Position numbers and translations under genes: made by a program
The notes under the pieces: model-generated
What the model was told of the DNA's origin: nothing
The model's input: only the letters and a program-made list of their open reading frames with translations
The model's database searches: none
Part shown: positions 9,271 through 17,868 of the stretch, piece by piece
How the letters are laid out: each line of letters opens with the position of its first letter
How positions within the stretch are numbered: position 1 is the first letter of the stretch
NCBI GenBank assembly: GCA_965209055.1
Contig: OZ242374.1
Location: 2,720,001 to 2,784,000, forward strand
DNA from: Acidobacteriota bacterium
Lineage (GTDB): Bacteria; Acidobacteriota; UBA6911; RPQK01; JAJDTT01
Direction of reading: 5' to 3'
DNA: 64,000 nt

Positions 9271-11118
9271 ATGAGAATCGAACTGCCGTCCGCCACCGTG
9301 GAGAAAGCTCTGTCGGCACTGATGGTCCCGACCCTCAAACCCATGATGGGGTTGCTGTCGATTCCCAAGCCGCGACCGACACGGAAGGCCGGCATGGTGG
9401 AGTCCATCTTGCCCCGGCTGACTGGCAGGTCGTTGCGAGACCTGTGGAAGCGGCTCAACCGGACCCAGCAGTTGGCGGTGAAGGAAACGCTCTATGGTCT
9501 GGAGGGCCGATTCAACGCCCAACGGTTTCGCGCCAAGTACGGAGTGCTGCCGAGGGGTATCGACCGGGGCGAAACTGAGAAACCGACCCTGTTGCACTTG
9601 TTTCTCTACCCGCCGGACGGCGAACGGTATCGTCCCCCGACCACCATTCCCAGCGACCTCCGGAAGCAGCTCCGGGAGTTTGTTCCCGAGCCGGAGTTCC
9701 CGACCGTCGCCTCGGTGGAGGAAGCTCCGGATTTCGTCGATCGGCGCCGGAGCGGATTTGTTCCCAAGGGGCAGAAACCGAAGTTCGACAGAGTGCCCCT
9801 GAATTGCCGCAACATGGAGCAGGCTGCGGCGTACGACCTGCTTGCCGTGCTCCGCCTCATCGATGCCGGCAGGATCTCCGTCAGCAGGAAGACCCGGCGC
9901 GCGTCCGCGGTCTCCGTGCGGCGCGTCGCGGAGGTGCTTTACGACGGCGACTTTTACGACCCGACCGAGAAGAGGAAGCGGTGGACCCAGTTCGTCGGCC
10001 CCATCCGGTCCTTCGGCTGGCCCTGGTTGGTGCAGGCCGGCAAGCTGGCCCAGTTGCGCGGCTCCAAGCTGACGTTAACCAAGGCCGGACGCGCGGCCTT
10101 CACGGCTCTGCCCGCCGAGACCCTCCGCCGGACCTGGAAAGGCTGGCTGAAGAACACCCTGTTGGACGAGTTCAGCCGAGTGGAGGAGATCAAGGGGCAG
10201 ACCCGGGGCCGGGGCAAGCGGACGATGACCGCGCCGCGCAACCGCCGGCCCTGGGTCGACGAGGCGCTCGCGGAATGTCCGGTCGGCCGGTGGGTTCAGG
10301 TGGACGAGTTCTTTCGGTTTATGCAGGCGGCGGAACTGGACTTCAGCGTCACGCGGTATCCCTGGCACCTCTACCTCGGCGGGCCGGAGCACGGGAGCTT
10401 CGGGCTTGCCGGTGATCAGAGTTGGAACGCGCTCCAGGGGCGATATGTCCTGTGCCTGTTGTTCGAGTACGCGGCAACCCTGGGCTTGGTGGACGTGGCG
10501 TTCACCGACCCGCGCGGCGCGCGGCGCGACTACATTGACCTGTGGGGCGGCGATGATCTGGAGTTCCTCAGCCGGTACGATGGTCTGGAGTATTTTCGAC
10601 TCAATCCGCTCGGCGCCTATTGCCTCGATCAGGCCGACAGTTACGAGCCGGCCGCGCCTCCGGTCCGAACGGCGCTGACCCTGTTTACCGACCTTCGCGT
10701 GCAGTCGACGGCGCCGCTGCGGCCAGAAGAACGTGTGCTGCTGGAGACCTATGCCAAGACCGTGTCGGACGGCGTCTGGCGTCTGGATCTCTCTCGAGCC
10801 ATGTCGGCCGTGGAAAGCGGCCAGGATGTGGCGCAATTGAGGGAGTTTCTCACCGCGCGCGAAGATCAGCCCCTGCCGGACCGGGTGGAAGGGTTTTTCC
10901 GCCGTGTCGAGCAGGGATCGCGAGCCCTGACCGCGAAGGGACAGGCCCTGATCATCGAATGCGCGGACAAGGCGATCGCCGACCGTATCGTGGCCGATCC
11001 GCGGGCTACCAAGCACTGCATCCGTGCCGGCCCGCGCCGGCTCGTCGTTGCCACAAGATCCGAGGCGGCGTTTCGGAAGGCGGCGCATGCCTTGGGGTAC
11101 GCGTTTTCCGTACGGTGA
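9271..11118 (+). CDS. helicase-associated (XPB/Ssl2 N-terminal-like, Helicase_C_3) domain protein
   Basis: C-terminal 'VWRLDLSRAMSAVESG..LREFL....QPLP' and 'FRLNPLG'; no Walker motifs seen. Confidence 0.65.
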   Translation: MRIELPSATVEKALSALMVPTLKPMMGLLSIPKPRPTRKAGMVESILPRLTGRSLRDLWKRLNRTQQLAVKETLYGLEGRFNAQRFRAKYGVLPRGIDRGETEKPTLLHLFLYPPDGERYRPPTTIPSDLRKQLREFVPEPEFPTVASVEEAPDFVDRRRSGFVPKGQKPKFDRVPLNCRNMEQAAAYDLLAVLRLIDAGRISVSRKTRRASAVSVRRVAEVLYDGDFYDPTEKRKRWTQFVGPIRSFGWPWLVQAGKLAQLRGSKLTLTKAGRAAFTALPAETLRRTWKGWLKNTLLDEFSRVEEIKGQTRGRGKRTMTAPRNRRPWVDEALAECPVGRWVQVDEFFRFMQAAELDFSVTRYPWHLYLGGPEHGSFGLAGDQSWNALQGRYVLCLLFEYAATLGLVDVAFTDPRGARRDYIDLWGGDDLEFLSRYDGLEYFRLNPLGAYCLDQADSYEPAAPPVRTALTLFTDLRVQSTAPLRPEERVLLETYAKTVSDGVWRLDLSRAMSAVESGQDVAQLREFLTAREDQPLPDRVEGFFRRVEQGSRALTAKGQALIIECADKAIADRIVADPRATKHCIRAGPRRLVVATRSEAAFRKAAHALGYAFSVR

Positions 11119-11133
11119 CGGCTGCACCGGAGT

Positions 11134-11547
11134 TTATCTGAGCACTTCAAACGCGAACGTGCGGCCGCGACCGTAACGGTAAATTGCGAAATCGCTGTCG
11201 AAGGTGATCACACGGGAGATGCCGAGTCGCTCCATGAGCGCGAAGGAGGTGCGGTCGACCACGGAAAAGTCCTGGTCCGGAAACCGTTCTCCGATCGCCC
11301 ATGCGGCTTCAAGGTCAGCGCTGCTGGTCAGCTCGACCTTTGCCACTCCGCTTCTCAGGCCATCCCAGAAGGTTTCCGCCGCATTGGTGGAAATGAAATG
11401 GTGGATGAGGCGCCAGGTTTCAACCAGAACGTGGTCACTCGTGACGAGCGGTTCTTCCGTCGACAGCAGTCGCTTCGCACGGCCATTGTATAGATCGCTC
11501 CGATCGGCGGCCGCATACCAGGCTGAGCTGTCCACAAAGATACTCAT
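11134..11547 (-). CDS. vapC: VapC/PIN toxin
   Basis: 'IFVDSSAW', 'VLVET', 'FSVVDRTSFALM', 'TFDSDF'. Confidence 0.9.
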   Translation of the reverse strand: MSIFVDSSAWYAAADRSDLYNGRAKRLLSTEEPLVTSDHVLVETWRLIHHFISTNAAETFWDGLRSGVAKVELTSSADLEAAWAIGERFPDQDFSVVDRTSFALMERLGISRVITFDSDFAIYRYGRGRTFAFEVLR

Positions 11548-11804
11548 GACGAGTCAGCCCCTCGGCGTTTGCGCGCGGCAATCGCTGCCGCGATCATACG
11601 GGACTTTTCTGATGCGATGTCCGTCCGCCCGGAGGAGCCGAGATCGAAGACTTTGGATCGATCGGTATTCCTGGGGGGCTGGGACAAGTCCCGGTCCACC
11701 AACCGGCGTATGTATTCCGCAAGTGAGATGCCCAGATCGGCTGCCCTTACACGAACCATGGTGTGAACCTCGGAACTAAGAGAAATCTGCGTTCGAACCA
11801 TCAT
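11544..11804 (-). CDS. vapB: CopG/RHH antitoxin
   Basis: 'MVRTQISL', 'GISLAEYIRRLVD'; overlaps the vapC start. Confidence 0.85.
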   Translation of the reverse strand: MMVRTQISLSSEVHTMVRVRAADLGISLAEYIRRLVDRDLSQPPRNTDRSKVFDLGSSGRTDIASEKSRMIAAAIAARKRRGADSS

Positions 11805-11811
11805 TATAGTG

Positions 11812-11842
11812 ACATCATAACATCACCATAATGATGTATCAA
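11812..11842 (-). promoter_or_regulatory. vapBC promoter with operator palindrome
   Basis: Minus-strand TTGATA-N17-TATGAT. ACATCA-N6-TGATGT (11820-11837) lies in the spacer, with an extra ACATCA at 11812. Very short leader. Confidence 0.6.
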
Positions 11843-11940
11843 TCCGGGCTTTGCCGTCTGGGAAAAGCCCGAATTCCAATGGTCTGACATCGGCATCCCG
11901 CTTGTCTTGTCGGGTTGTGCACATACACTACAAACGAAAT

Positions 11941-12330
11941 ATGCAAGGAAAACGCGACCCGGATCCCAAAATGAACTTCCACCCCGGGCTGAGCTTCAGC
12001 CGGGACGAGTATTTGCGCCGGTACCGGCTGGTGATGGACGGAATCCGGAAGGCGGGCGTCGACGCCCTGCTGGTTCGGGGACCCGAGAACATCACCTACC
12101 TCACCGGCTACGAAACCCCCGGCTACTACGGTTACCACTGCCTGATCCTGGTTCCGGGAGAGTCTCCGGTCCTGGTCGGCCGGAGGTTGGAGGTCGGGAC
12201 CAACGTCCCCGAGTTCTCCTGGTTGACCGAGGTCGCTCCGGTGGAGGACGACGAGGTGCCGGTGGAGGTCACCATCCGGACTCTTTCCCGGATGGGCCTG
12301 GCGCGGAAGCGTCTGGGGATCGAATCGGAA
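11941..12330 (+). pseudogene. M24 (Xaa-Pro peptidase/creatinase/ectoine hydrolase-like) gene, 5' half, interrupted
   Basis: Creatinase_N-like 'FSRDEYLRR', 'PENITYLTGY'; homology stops at the element's left inverted repeat. Confidence 0.9.
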
Positions 12331-12388
12331 GGGGATTATATACTGAATTTGATAGCCCTTGACCCTGCCTCAGCGCTGAGATAGGGTG

Positions 12389-12481
12389 GAGAAAACGTGG
12401 CCCGCAACCGTCGCCTGTTCCTACGGGGAAACGCTCTATCCAGCGCAGGAGTTAACGTACATCGAGGCGCCACGTTTTCTC
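12389..12481 (-). ncRNA. putative structured RNA, family A copy 1
   Basis: 12-bp closing stem GAGAAAACGTGG/CCACGTTTTCTC; homologous to 19302-19394 with compensatory changes. Confidence 0.55.
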
Positions 12482-12530
12482 GCTTTGTCCCCTCCTATTT
12501 GACCGCAAGGGCCAAAATCCGATAGGGTGG

Positions 12531-12621
12531 GAAGGACGGGACAGGCTGCAACACGATTGACGACCCTGCCCCTTCCGTATTGGGGAGGCGAGATCGTACT
12601 CGAAACCTGTGCCCGTCCTTC
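12531..12621 (-). ncRNA. putative structured RNA (long imperfect hairpin)
   Basis: GAAGGACGGG/CCCGTCCTTC and ACAGG/CCTGT stems; inner mismatches are G-U pairs on the minus strand. Confidence 0.45.
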
Positions 12622-12625
12622 AAGC

Positions 12626-12716
12626 GACGGGGCGTGACATTCGAAACCCTGTCTGCCGACGTATCCAGCTCGTCGGCCCTATCCAGGGCAGAGTCGATAA
12701 ACACCGTAGCCCCGTC
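12626..12716 (-). ncRNA. putative structured RNA with two UGGAUA-containing loops
   Basis: GACGGGGC/GCCCCGTC closing stem; minus-strand hairpins GCCC-UGGAUA-GGGC and CCGACG-AGCUGGAUA-CGUCGG. Confidence 0.45.
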
Positions 12717-12727
12717 CCCTCAGGAAT

Positions 12728-12796
12728 GGGGAGCACAAACACCAAGGCTCACACTAACGCAATTAGGCTTGGAGCATCAGTCATTTAAGGCTCCCC
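12728..12796. ncRNA. putative structured RNA, family B copy 1
   Basis: GGGGAGC/GCTCCCC, CCAAG/CTTGG and CTAA/TTAG nested stems; near-identical copy at 14526-14595. Confidence 0.5.
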
Positions 12797-12958
12797 GTCC
12801 CTTCCCCGTGAGAACCTGAGCACGACCGAACCAGACCCCACACCTCGCGGGAACACTGGCGAGGACGACAATGACAACGACGAATCAGATTCTCACCACA
12901 GTTCTATAATACGCCCGCCACCTCAAACTTGTCACCCTTCCTCGCTATGCTACCGGAC

Positions 12959-13055
12959 GAAGGGGTCGGGGTGCCTCATGGTGAGGCTGCAGTATTACAC
13001 TCGAAGTCAATCTTGAGGGATAGGATTTCGTGACTTGATGGCCTCGACCCCCTTC
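12959..13055 (+). ncRNA. putative structured RNA or leader
   Basis: GAAGGGGTCGGGG/CCTCGACCCCCTTC closing stem, inner AAGTCA/TGACTT; lies downstream of TATAAT at 12905. Confidence 0.35.
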
Positions 13056-13064
13056 TGACTCGTC

Positions 13065-13268
13065 ATGCAAAAGGTCTACGACGAATCGGTCGGTTCGATG
13101 AGTGGGGAGAGATGCGACGTGCCGGGCCGTTATGAGTCGTGCTGTGCTCACCGGGAAGTCAAGTTGATTCGTCGGGGAGAGTTGTTTCCGATCTGTCATC
13201 GTTGTCGTCGGTCGCTGTTCTGGCGTCTCATTCAGAGGATCGACGATGGTCAGCGCAGCGAGAGTTAA
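13065..13268 (+). CDS. small Cys-rich zinc-ribbon (YjzC-like) protein
   Basis: 'SGERCDVPGRYESCC....RRGELFPICHRC....WRLI'; start may be ATG 13098. Confidence 0.55.
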   Translation: MQKVYDESVGSMSGERCDVPGRYESCCAHREVKLIRRGELFPICHRCRRSLFWRLIQRIDDGQRSES

Positions 13269-13296
13269 AATTGAATTTACTAAGGAGAAGTTAAAC

Positions 13297-13506
13297 ATGA
13301 AGGAAAATCCTGTTCGTCAGTATATTATTGTTCATGACTATGACATTAAGACTCAAGTTATAGCGGATGATCTGACTTATATTACCGATGATAATGATAT
13401 GATGACAGTAACACTCAAATTGAAAGGTGAAACGGTAGGGCATTTTACTAATGTTAAGAATTGGGTCCGGCAAGACCTGACGACCAATGTAGAAGACGAT
13501 ACTTAG
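13297..13506 (+). CDS. small hypothetical protein (AT-rich)
   Basis: ATG after TAAGGAG; 69 codons. Confidence 0.55.
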   Translation: MKENPVRQYIIVHDYDIKTQVIADDLTYITDDNDMMTVTLKLKGETVGHFTNVKNWVRQDLTTNVEDDT

Positions 13507-13548
13507 TACTTGCCTTATCGTCCCTTGCTCAAATAGAATAAACGGCAA

Positions 13549-14109
13549 ATGATGAGCGAGGAATTTCACGAAGAGGATTTCCCTTCCATTGACGATGCTT
13601 ACAAGCTCGCTATGGAGTTCTACGCTTTCGCAATTCAACGGGCTGATGCACTAGACGCGAGAATTCAGTCTGTCATGTCCTTTTCTAGTGCAGTTACGTT
13701 TGCGCTTCCCTTAGCAATCCACAACCTCAGTTTGGACATAAATTCCAACTGGACCCTCGTCTTGGCCGCCTTGATTCTCATAGAGTTAGGTGTCTACTTG
13801 GCGGGCCGTTTCTTTGTGGGTTGGGGGAAATTGGAGGTACTGAGTCCTCTGAAGATTTACAATCAGCATCTACGAAAGGCCCCGGCCGAGTTCAAGAAGG
13901 ACATGATCTACTACGCCGGGCAGTCCTGGGACGAGAACAACCGAAAGATACTGACGCCACGCTGGCGACTAACAGTTACTCTTTCTTTGGTCTTGGCGAC
14001 GAAGGTACTGTTGTTCTTCGCGTGGGTGTTCTATCACTTCTCGTCTCCTCTGTCGGCCGGGGAGCCTGCGGAGGTGGCGGTGGTGGGGCTGAGTCTCCTT
14101 TTTTCATAG
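13549..14109 (+). CDS. hypothetical membrane protein (about 3 TM)
   Basis: N-terminal helix 'RADALDARI' followed by hydrophobic segments. Confidence 0.65.
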   Translation: MMSEEFHEEDFPSIDDAYKLAMEFYAFAIQRADALDARIQSVMSFSSAVTFALPLAIHNLSLDINSNWTLVLAALILIELGVYLAGRFFVGWGKLEVLSPLKIYNQHLRKAPAEFKKDMIYYAGQSWDENNRKILTPRWRLTVTLSLVLATKVLLFFAWVFYHFSSPLSAGEPAEVAVVGLSLLFS

Positions 14110-14161
14110 CGACAAACCTAGCAGACTTCTGAGTAGTACGCAAGACAGTCTCTTACTTCCC

Positions 14162-14416
14162 TCATTGCTTCTTGACCACCTCAAATCCGAGTCGTTTGAT
14201 CAGAGGAACAGCCTCGTCTGGCGAGAAGTCGCGAGGATGTAGGCTCACTCTAGGGGCGCGTTTTATGGCCTCCGTCACGACATATTTCAACGGGTAGAGC
14301 CTGCGGCCTGATTTGATCCACCAAGCCTTGGCACCACGTATACGGGGCCAGGGCTCGTCTATCGCCTTCAACGCCTTTTCTACGTGATTCCTCTCGATCC
14401 CATCGAATTTGGCCAT
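14162..14416 (-). CDS. small protein resembling the ScoMcrA-like N-terminal DNA-binding domain
   Basis: 'IERNHVEKALKAID', 'GRRLYPLKYVV', 'DFS..EA...KRLGFEV'; GAGGAG RBS. Confidence 0.55.
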   Translation of the reverse strand: MAKFDGIERNHVEKALKAIDEPWPRIRGAKAWWIKSGRRLYPLKYVVTEAIKRAPRVSLHPRDFSPDEAVPLIKRLGFEVVKKQ

Positions 14417-14525
14417 CTTCAGCTCCTCTCAATTGGTAAGGCTACGCAGACCTCCGGCTAAGTCCATTTTCGAATGCTCAAAAATTAGTCGGAGTTTCTG
14501 CTAAGGTGGGGGGTGAGAAGAAGAC

Positions 14526-14595
14526 GGGGAGTACAAAAACCAAGGCTCACACTAACCACAATTAGACATGGAGCATCAGTCATTTAAGGCTCCCC
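14526..14595. ncRNA. putative structured RNA, family B copy 2
   Basis: Matches 12728-12796, including GGAGCATCAGTCATTTAAGGCTCCCCG. Confidence 0.5.
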
Positions 14596-14736
14596 GCCTC
14601 TCAGAGAGCGCGCCCGATAACCATGCCAGCCCACAATCCAAAGCAAAGCTGGTGAGTGCTATTGAGGGGCGACGCCTCATCAACAACTTCATACTACGCC
14701 ACAGCACAACGAAAAAGCGACCCTTCGGCCATGGCC

Positions 14737-16029
14737 TCAAGGCTCTCGACAGGGACAATCTGACGGCGATACGACTTCAGATTCCCCGTTGTTGACTTCA
14801 ACCCAAGTACTCTCGTTCCCAACAAGATTCGGTTGGGCTGGGATCCTGCCGGTAAATCCTTCCTTACGTCTGTACCAGACATGATGGCGCCACCAGAGCG
14901 GAGTGTAAGAGACGTGCAATTCAACGCCCCGTTCCATGAGCGCATGGACGACAGACGCCGATTTTGCTTTGATAGTCTCCCCCGTCCAATCGCTACGGGA
15001 ATCCCGTTTGTAGTCGAGCTCGACGACCGCGACACAACCGAGTGGGCCTCCAGACTCGACATAATGCGTCTGGTGACTCATATAGTAGTCACTCTCTGAA
15101 TGAGAACCCACGGACATATCAGCAATATGCATGCCGTCTTCGACCCATGCGGGATTGCCATTCAGTTTTTGCTGAATGGCCATTTCCCAACCCTTCTCAG
15201 GTGTCGCTGGCGTGCCCCCGAAATAACAACCGTCGGTGCCATTGATCCCAGCTTTCAGACAAATGTCACGCCAATCGGCAGGAGGGCAGTTGCCTTCGCT
15301 AAGACTGGGCGGTCCGTCCCAGAATCGGGGCTCGGACGCCGCATGCCAACGGGCGTTCCCATGCTCAGGGGCAAACGCCTCGACGACTGCGACCTTATAT
15401 CCCCAGTGATGCTCGTCATCGTGCAGTTTGACCACCCATCGTCTGAACTGAGAGACGACCCGTTGTTGTCCATCTAATGGTGGAAGACTGCCCCCACGAA
15501 CGCCGAACAATGTCTCGACCTGGCCTATGAACCCGTAGAAGATTCTGGCGCAGTTCTCTGTCTTCACTACGTCATGGGGGGCAGCGATTGGCGCTTTCGT
15601 AGTCGTAACGTCTTCACACTCGACCTTTGTACGCCAGCCTCCCATGCCAGCTTGTACAACGTGTCTGCCAGGGTCCCAGGTCGTAACGAGTGGATCGGGG
15701 AATGGGATGTTTACAACCGCGAAAAAATGACCGTCGTCAGTACGCATGACACGCCACTGCTCGATCCCTGCGCAACGTTCCGTGCCATTCCTCAGAGTGC
15801 CAATCATGCCCTCCTCGAAGTAGTCGGGCAGTGCGAGAAAGCCCTCGCATTGGTACACGCCATGAGGCAACGGGCCGTAAGCCGTCTCGAAGGCAAACCC
15901 GTTTCCAATAAGACGATTGCCTTGCTGTTCCGTAGTCGTGGCGAGGGAAACGAACGATATGCCGGACGACTCACCCCCTATTCCCATCAATATCAGGAGC
16001 GAAATAAACGACACTCTCACGAATTTCAT
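14737..16029 (-). CDS. secreted Cys-rich hypothetical protein
   Basis: Signal-like 'MKFVRVSFISLLILMG'; GGAGG RBS; start overlaps the upstream stop. Confidence 0.7.
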   Translation of the reverse strand: MKFVRVSFISLLILMGIGGESSGISFVSLATTTEQQGNRLIGNGFAFETAYGPLPHGVYQCEGFLALPDYFEEGMIGTLRNGTERCAGIEQWRVMRTDDGHFFAVVNIPFPDPLVTTWDPGRHVVQAGMGGWRTKVECEDVTTTKAPIAAPHDVVKTENCARIFYGFIGQVETLFGVRGGSLPPLDGQQRVVSQFRRWVVKLHDDEHHWGYKVAVVEAFAPEHGNARWHAASEPRFWDGPPSLSEGNCPPADWRDICLKAGINGTDGCYFGGTPATPEKGWEMAIQQKLNGNPAWVEDGMHIADMSVGSHSESDYYMSHQTHYVESGGPLGCVAVVELDYKRDSRSDWTGETIKAKSASVVHALMERGVELHVSYTPLWWRHHVWYRRKEGFTGRIPAQPNLVGNESTWVEVNNGESEVVSPSDCPCREP

Positions 16030-16505
16030 TCCCTCCTCCACTCCAACTCGTCAACCTGAGTCTCTAGGTTATTGATTTGCGATTTCAAACGGCGCATTCG
16101 CGCTTGTAATATCGAATTCTGAGCGCGGAGAAACTGCGCCGACTCGAACCCCGTCAGGAACTCCCGGAATTGATAATGACGCACGTCTTTGCCTGAGAAG
16201 TACGCTTTGACTGTGCGTAGGGTGTTTGCAGAGACGGCAAGGGCCGAGCCGTAGGCAATTCCGATTTCCTTGTCGTCAGAATCGAGAATCGTGAAGACAA
16301 CGGCGACAAGCGGCTGATTCCGTCCCCAGCGCCCGTTCTTTATCGTTCCTGTGATCGTGATTCCCGATTCATGGCGTTCGGGTTGATGGGCAATCAACTC
16401 CAAGTGATTTGGGCCACGGAATCCGAGGAAGACAAGCAAAAAGACAACGCCAAATCCAACTACGCTCGCCGAGATGAAAAGTGAGTGTAGTTTCAGCTTC
16501 TTCAT
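16026..16505 (-). CDS. membrane-anchored FxLYD-like domain protein with C-terminal coiled coil
   Basis: N-terminal TM; 'ITGTIKN', 'VFTILDSDDKEIG'. Confidence 0.6.
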   Translation of the reverse strand: MKKLKLHSLFISASVVGFGVVFLLVFLGFRGPNHLELIAHQPERHESGITITGTIKNGRWGRNQPLVAVVFTILDSDDKEIGIAYGSALAVSANTLRTVKAYFSGKDVRHYQFREFLTGFESAQFLRAQNSILQARMRRLKSQINNLETQVDELEWRRE

Positions 16506-16555
16506 AGCGTCTCTTGAATAGGATTCGATTTTCTGGCAGGCTCAAAGAGTTGGGG

Positions 16556-16668
16556 GTGGGAAGAGGCCAGCCCCCCGAATTGTAACGGGACTGGCCGTAC
16601 CAGAACCCCCTTTCGTCCGGGCATCCGTAACGCTCGACGAATGGGGGCAGTCATTACCTGCTTCCCAC
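16556..16668 (-). ncRNA. putative multi-hairpin structured RNA
   Basis: GTGGGAAG/CTTCCCAC closing stem enclosing GGCCAG/CTGGCC and CCCCC/GGGGG hairpins; intergenic. Confidence 0.4.
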
Positions 16669-16704
16669 AATTGAAATTACGATACGCCACACACCTTGAT
16701 TTTG

Positions 16705-17718
16705 TCATCCTGTCGTCAACGCCAGTAACTCTCTGAGCAATTCGACCAACCGACGAAGGCGCTTGGCGTCCTCTTGATCCTGAGTGTCGGGAATCTGTGC
16801 GATGCCATCCTCTGACGGTCTGTGCGTCTCGAACCAGCCCTGAAACTCGCGAAATAGAGAGACCGTCGTCTCGCCACAAGACGTGACTGCCGAGTCCCAC
16901 GCTGTTTGAAACGTATTTTCCTGCGTGAGAAGTACGTCCTTGTAGAAATTCTCGCCACACCGCTCTTCAACGAAGACCAGGAACAGCCAAGGCTGCCGAT
17001 ACACGCCCCCGAATGAGACCATGGGCGTCGTGCCGACTCCCCAGCAACAGGCGTAGGACTGGGGACGCTCCCCGTCGATTTTGTCCAAGAGCAATTCGAA
17101 CATCTCGTCCCTGTCCGGGCTGTCTCTCCAGCCGTACAGTTCAGCGCCTCCATCTAAGAACCAACTTGGAAATTGGTACGATTGAATGGTCTGCCCCCAT
17201 CCCAGCCGATCCACCATGATTCTGTCCCTCAATGTGTACTGAAGATGGTGGAAGGTTTCGTGCACCACGTTTTTGGCAACGACCGAGTCTGTGTCTTGGG
17301 CCTGTCCAAGTGCTGTCGGCAGGGTGTCGTTAGTCTCAATATGCTCGGTGATCGAACCTGTCGCCGGAAGTCCGATCCACGGGGCGTTGCCGCTGTAATG
17401 AATGGCCTCTCCGATGAGCGCGGTCCACACCGCGCCTGTTTCGTGTCGAAACGTCTCCCCAACGGGTACCAGGTAGATATCGAGTTGCGGCAAAATAATG
17501 GCGTACTCGTCTTCGGCCACTTCGAAGGTGTAGTCGGCCCATTCATGGACGAGTTCGAGGTCGGCCTCATACCGGTCCCGATAGAAGATCGTGTAGGCGT
17601 GCTCGTCGCTTGACGACTCAGACCATCCATCATCGAGTGACGACTGTGAAAATCCTGGAGAGGCGACGAGAATCGAGAGAAAAAGGATGCAGGTCAGGCG
17701 CTGTGCGAATTGAGTCAT
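16705..17718 (-). CDS. secreted zinc metallopeptidase-like protein (HExxH)
   Basis: Signal peptide; 'VVHETFHHLQ' plus 'PSWFLDGGAE' (gluzincin-like, D at the usual E position). Confidence 0.7.
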   Translation of the reverse strand: MTQFAQRLTCILFLSILVASPGFSQSSLDDGWSESSSDEHAYTIFYRDRYEADLELVHEWADYTFEVAEDEYAIILPQLDIYLVPVGETFRHETGAVWTALIGEAIHYSGNAPWIGLPATGSITEHIETNDTLPTALGQAQDTDSVVAKNVVHETFHHLQYTLRDRIMVDRLGWGQTIQSYQFPSWFLDGGAELYGWRDSPDRDEMFELLLDKIDGERPQSYACCWGVGTTPMVSFGGVYRQPWLFLVFVEERCGENFYKDVLLTQENTFQTAWDSAVTSCGETTVSLFREFQGWFETHRPSEDGIAQIPDTQDQEDAKRLRRLVELLRELLALTTG

Positions 17719-17731
17719 GACAAATCCCCTC

Positions 17732-17760
17732 ATTGTGGTCGAGACGCGGGGGCTTGTCAA
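17732..17760 (-). promoter_or_regulatory. sigma70 promoter
   Basis: TTGACA-N17-CACAAT just upstream of the RBS and ATG 17718. Confidence 0.65.
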
Positions 17761-17768
17761 CGTGGAAT

Positions 17769-17800
17769 TTCTAATACGAAGTAATTCCTTCGTATTAGAA
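17769..17800. terminator. perfect 13-bp hairpin downstream of the tRNA cluster (terminator or operator)
   Basis: TTCTAATACGAAG-N6-CTTCGTATTAGAA; no clear U-tract. Confidence 0.4.
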
Positions 17801-17868
17801 TTCTCATGTGTTAGAATCTCCAACGATGCGCTCGGCTGATAGACTGTCGTACGTGATTGAAGAGAAGG

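Noticed and set aside
12455-12475. Similarity of GGCGCCUCGAUGU to the 23S peptidyl-transferase loop
   Set aside because: The match is short and is not kept in family A copy 2 (GGUGCCUCGAUCU).
12531-12716. Hammerhead ribozymes (CGAAAC next to stems)
   Set aside because: No properly placed CUGANGA core seen on either strand.
12381-12810. CRISPR array or classical integron attC array
   Set aside because: Units differ from each other, there is no repeat-spacer period, no consistent RYYYAAC/GTTRRRY ends were seen, and there is no cas or intI gene.
12495-12819. Short ORFs across the hairpin array (also 14568-14795 and 16502-16960)
   Set aside because: No RBS or protein-like features; shared peptide text only reflects the family B DNA repeat.
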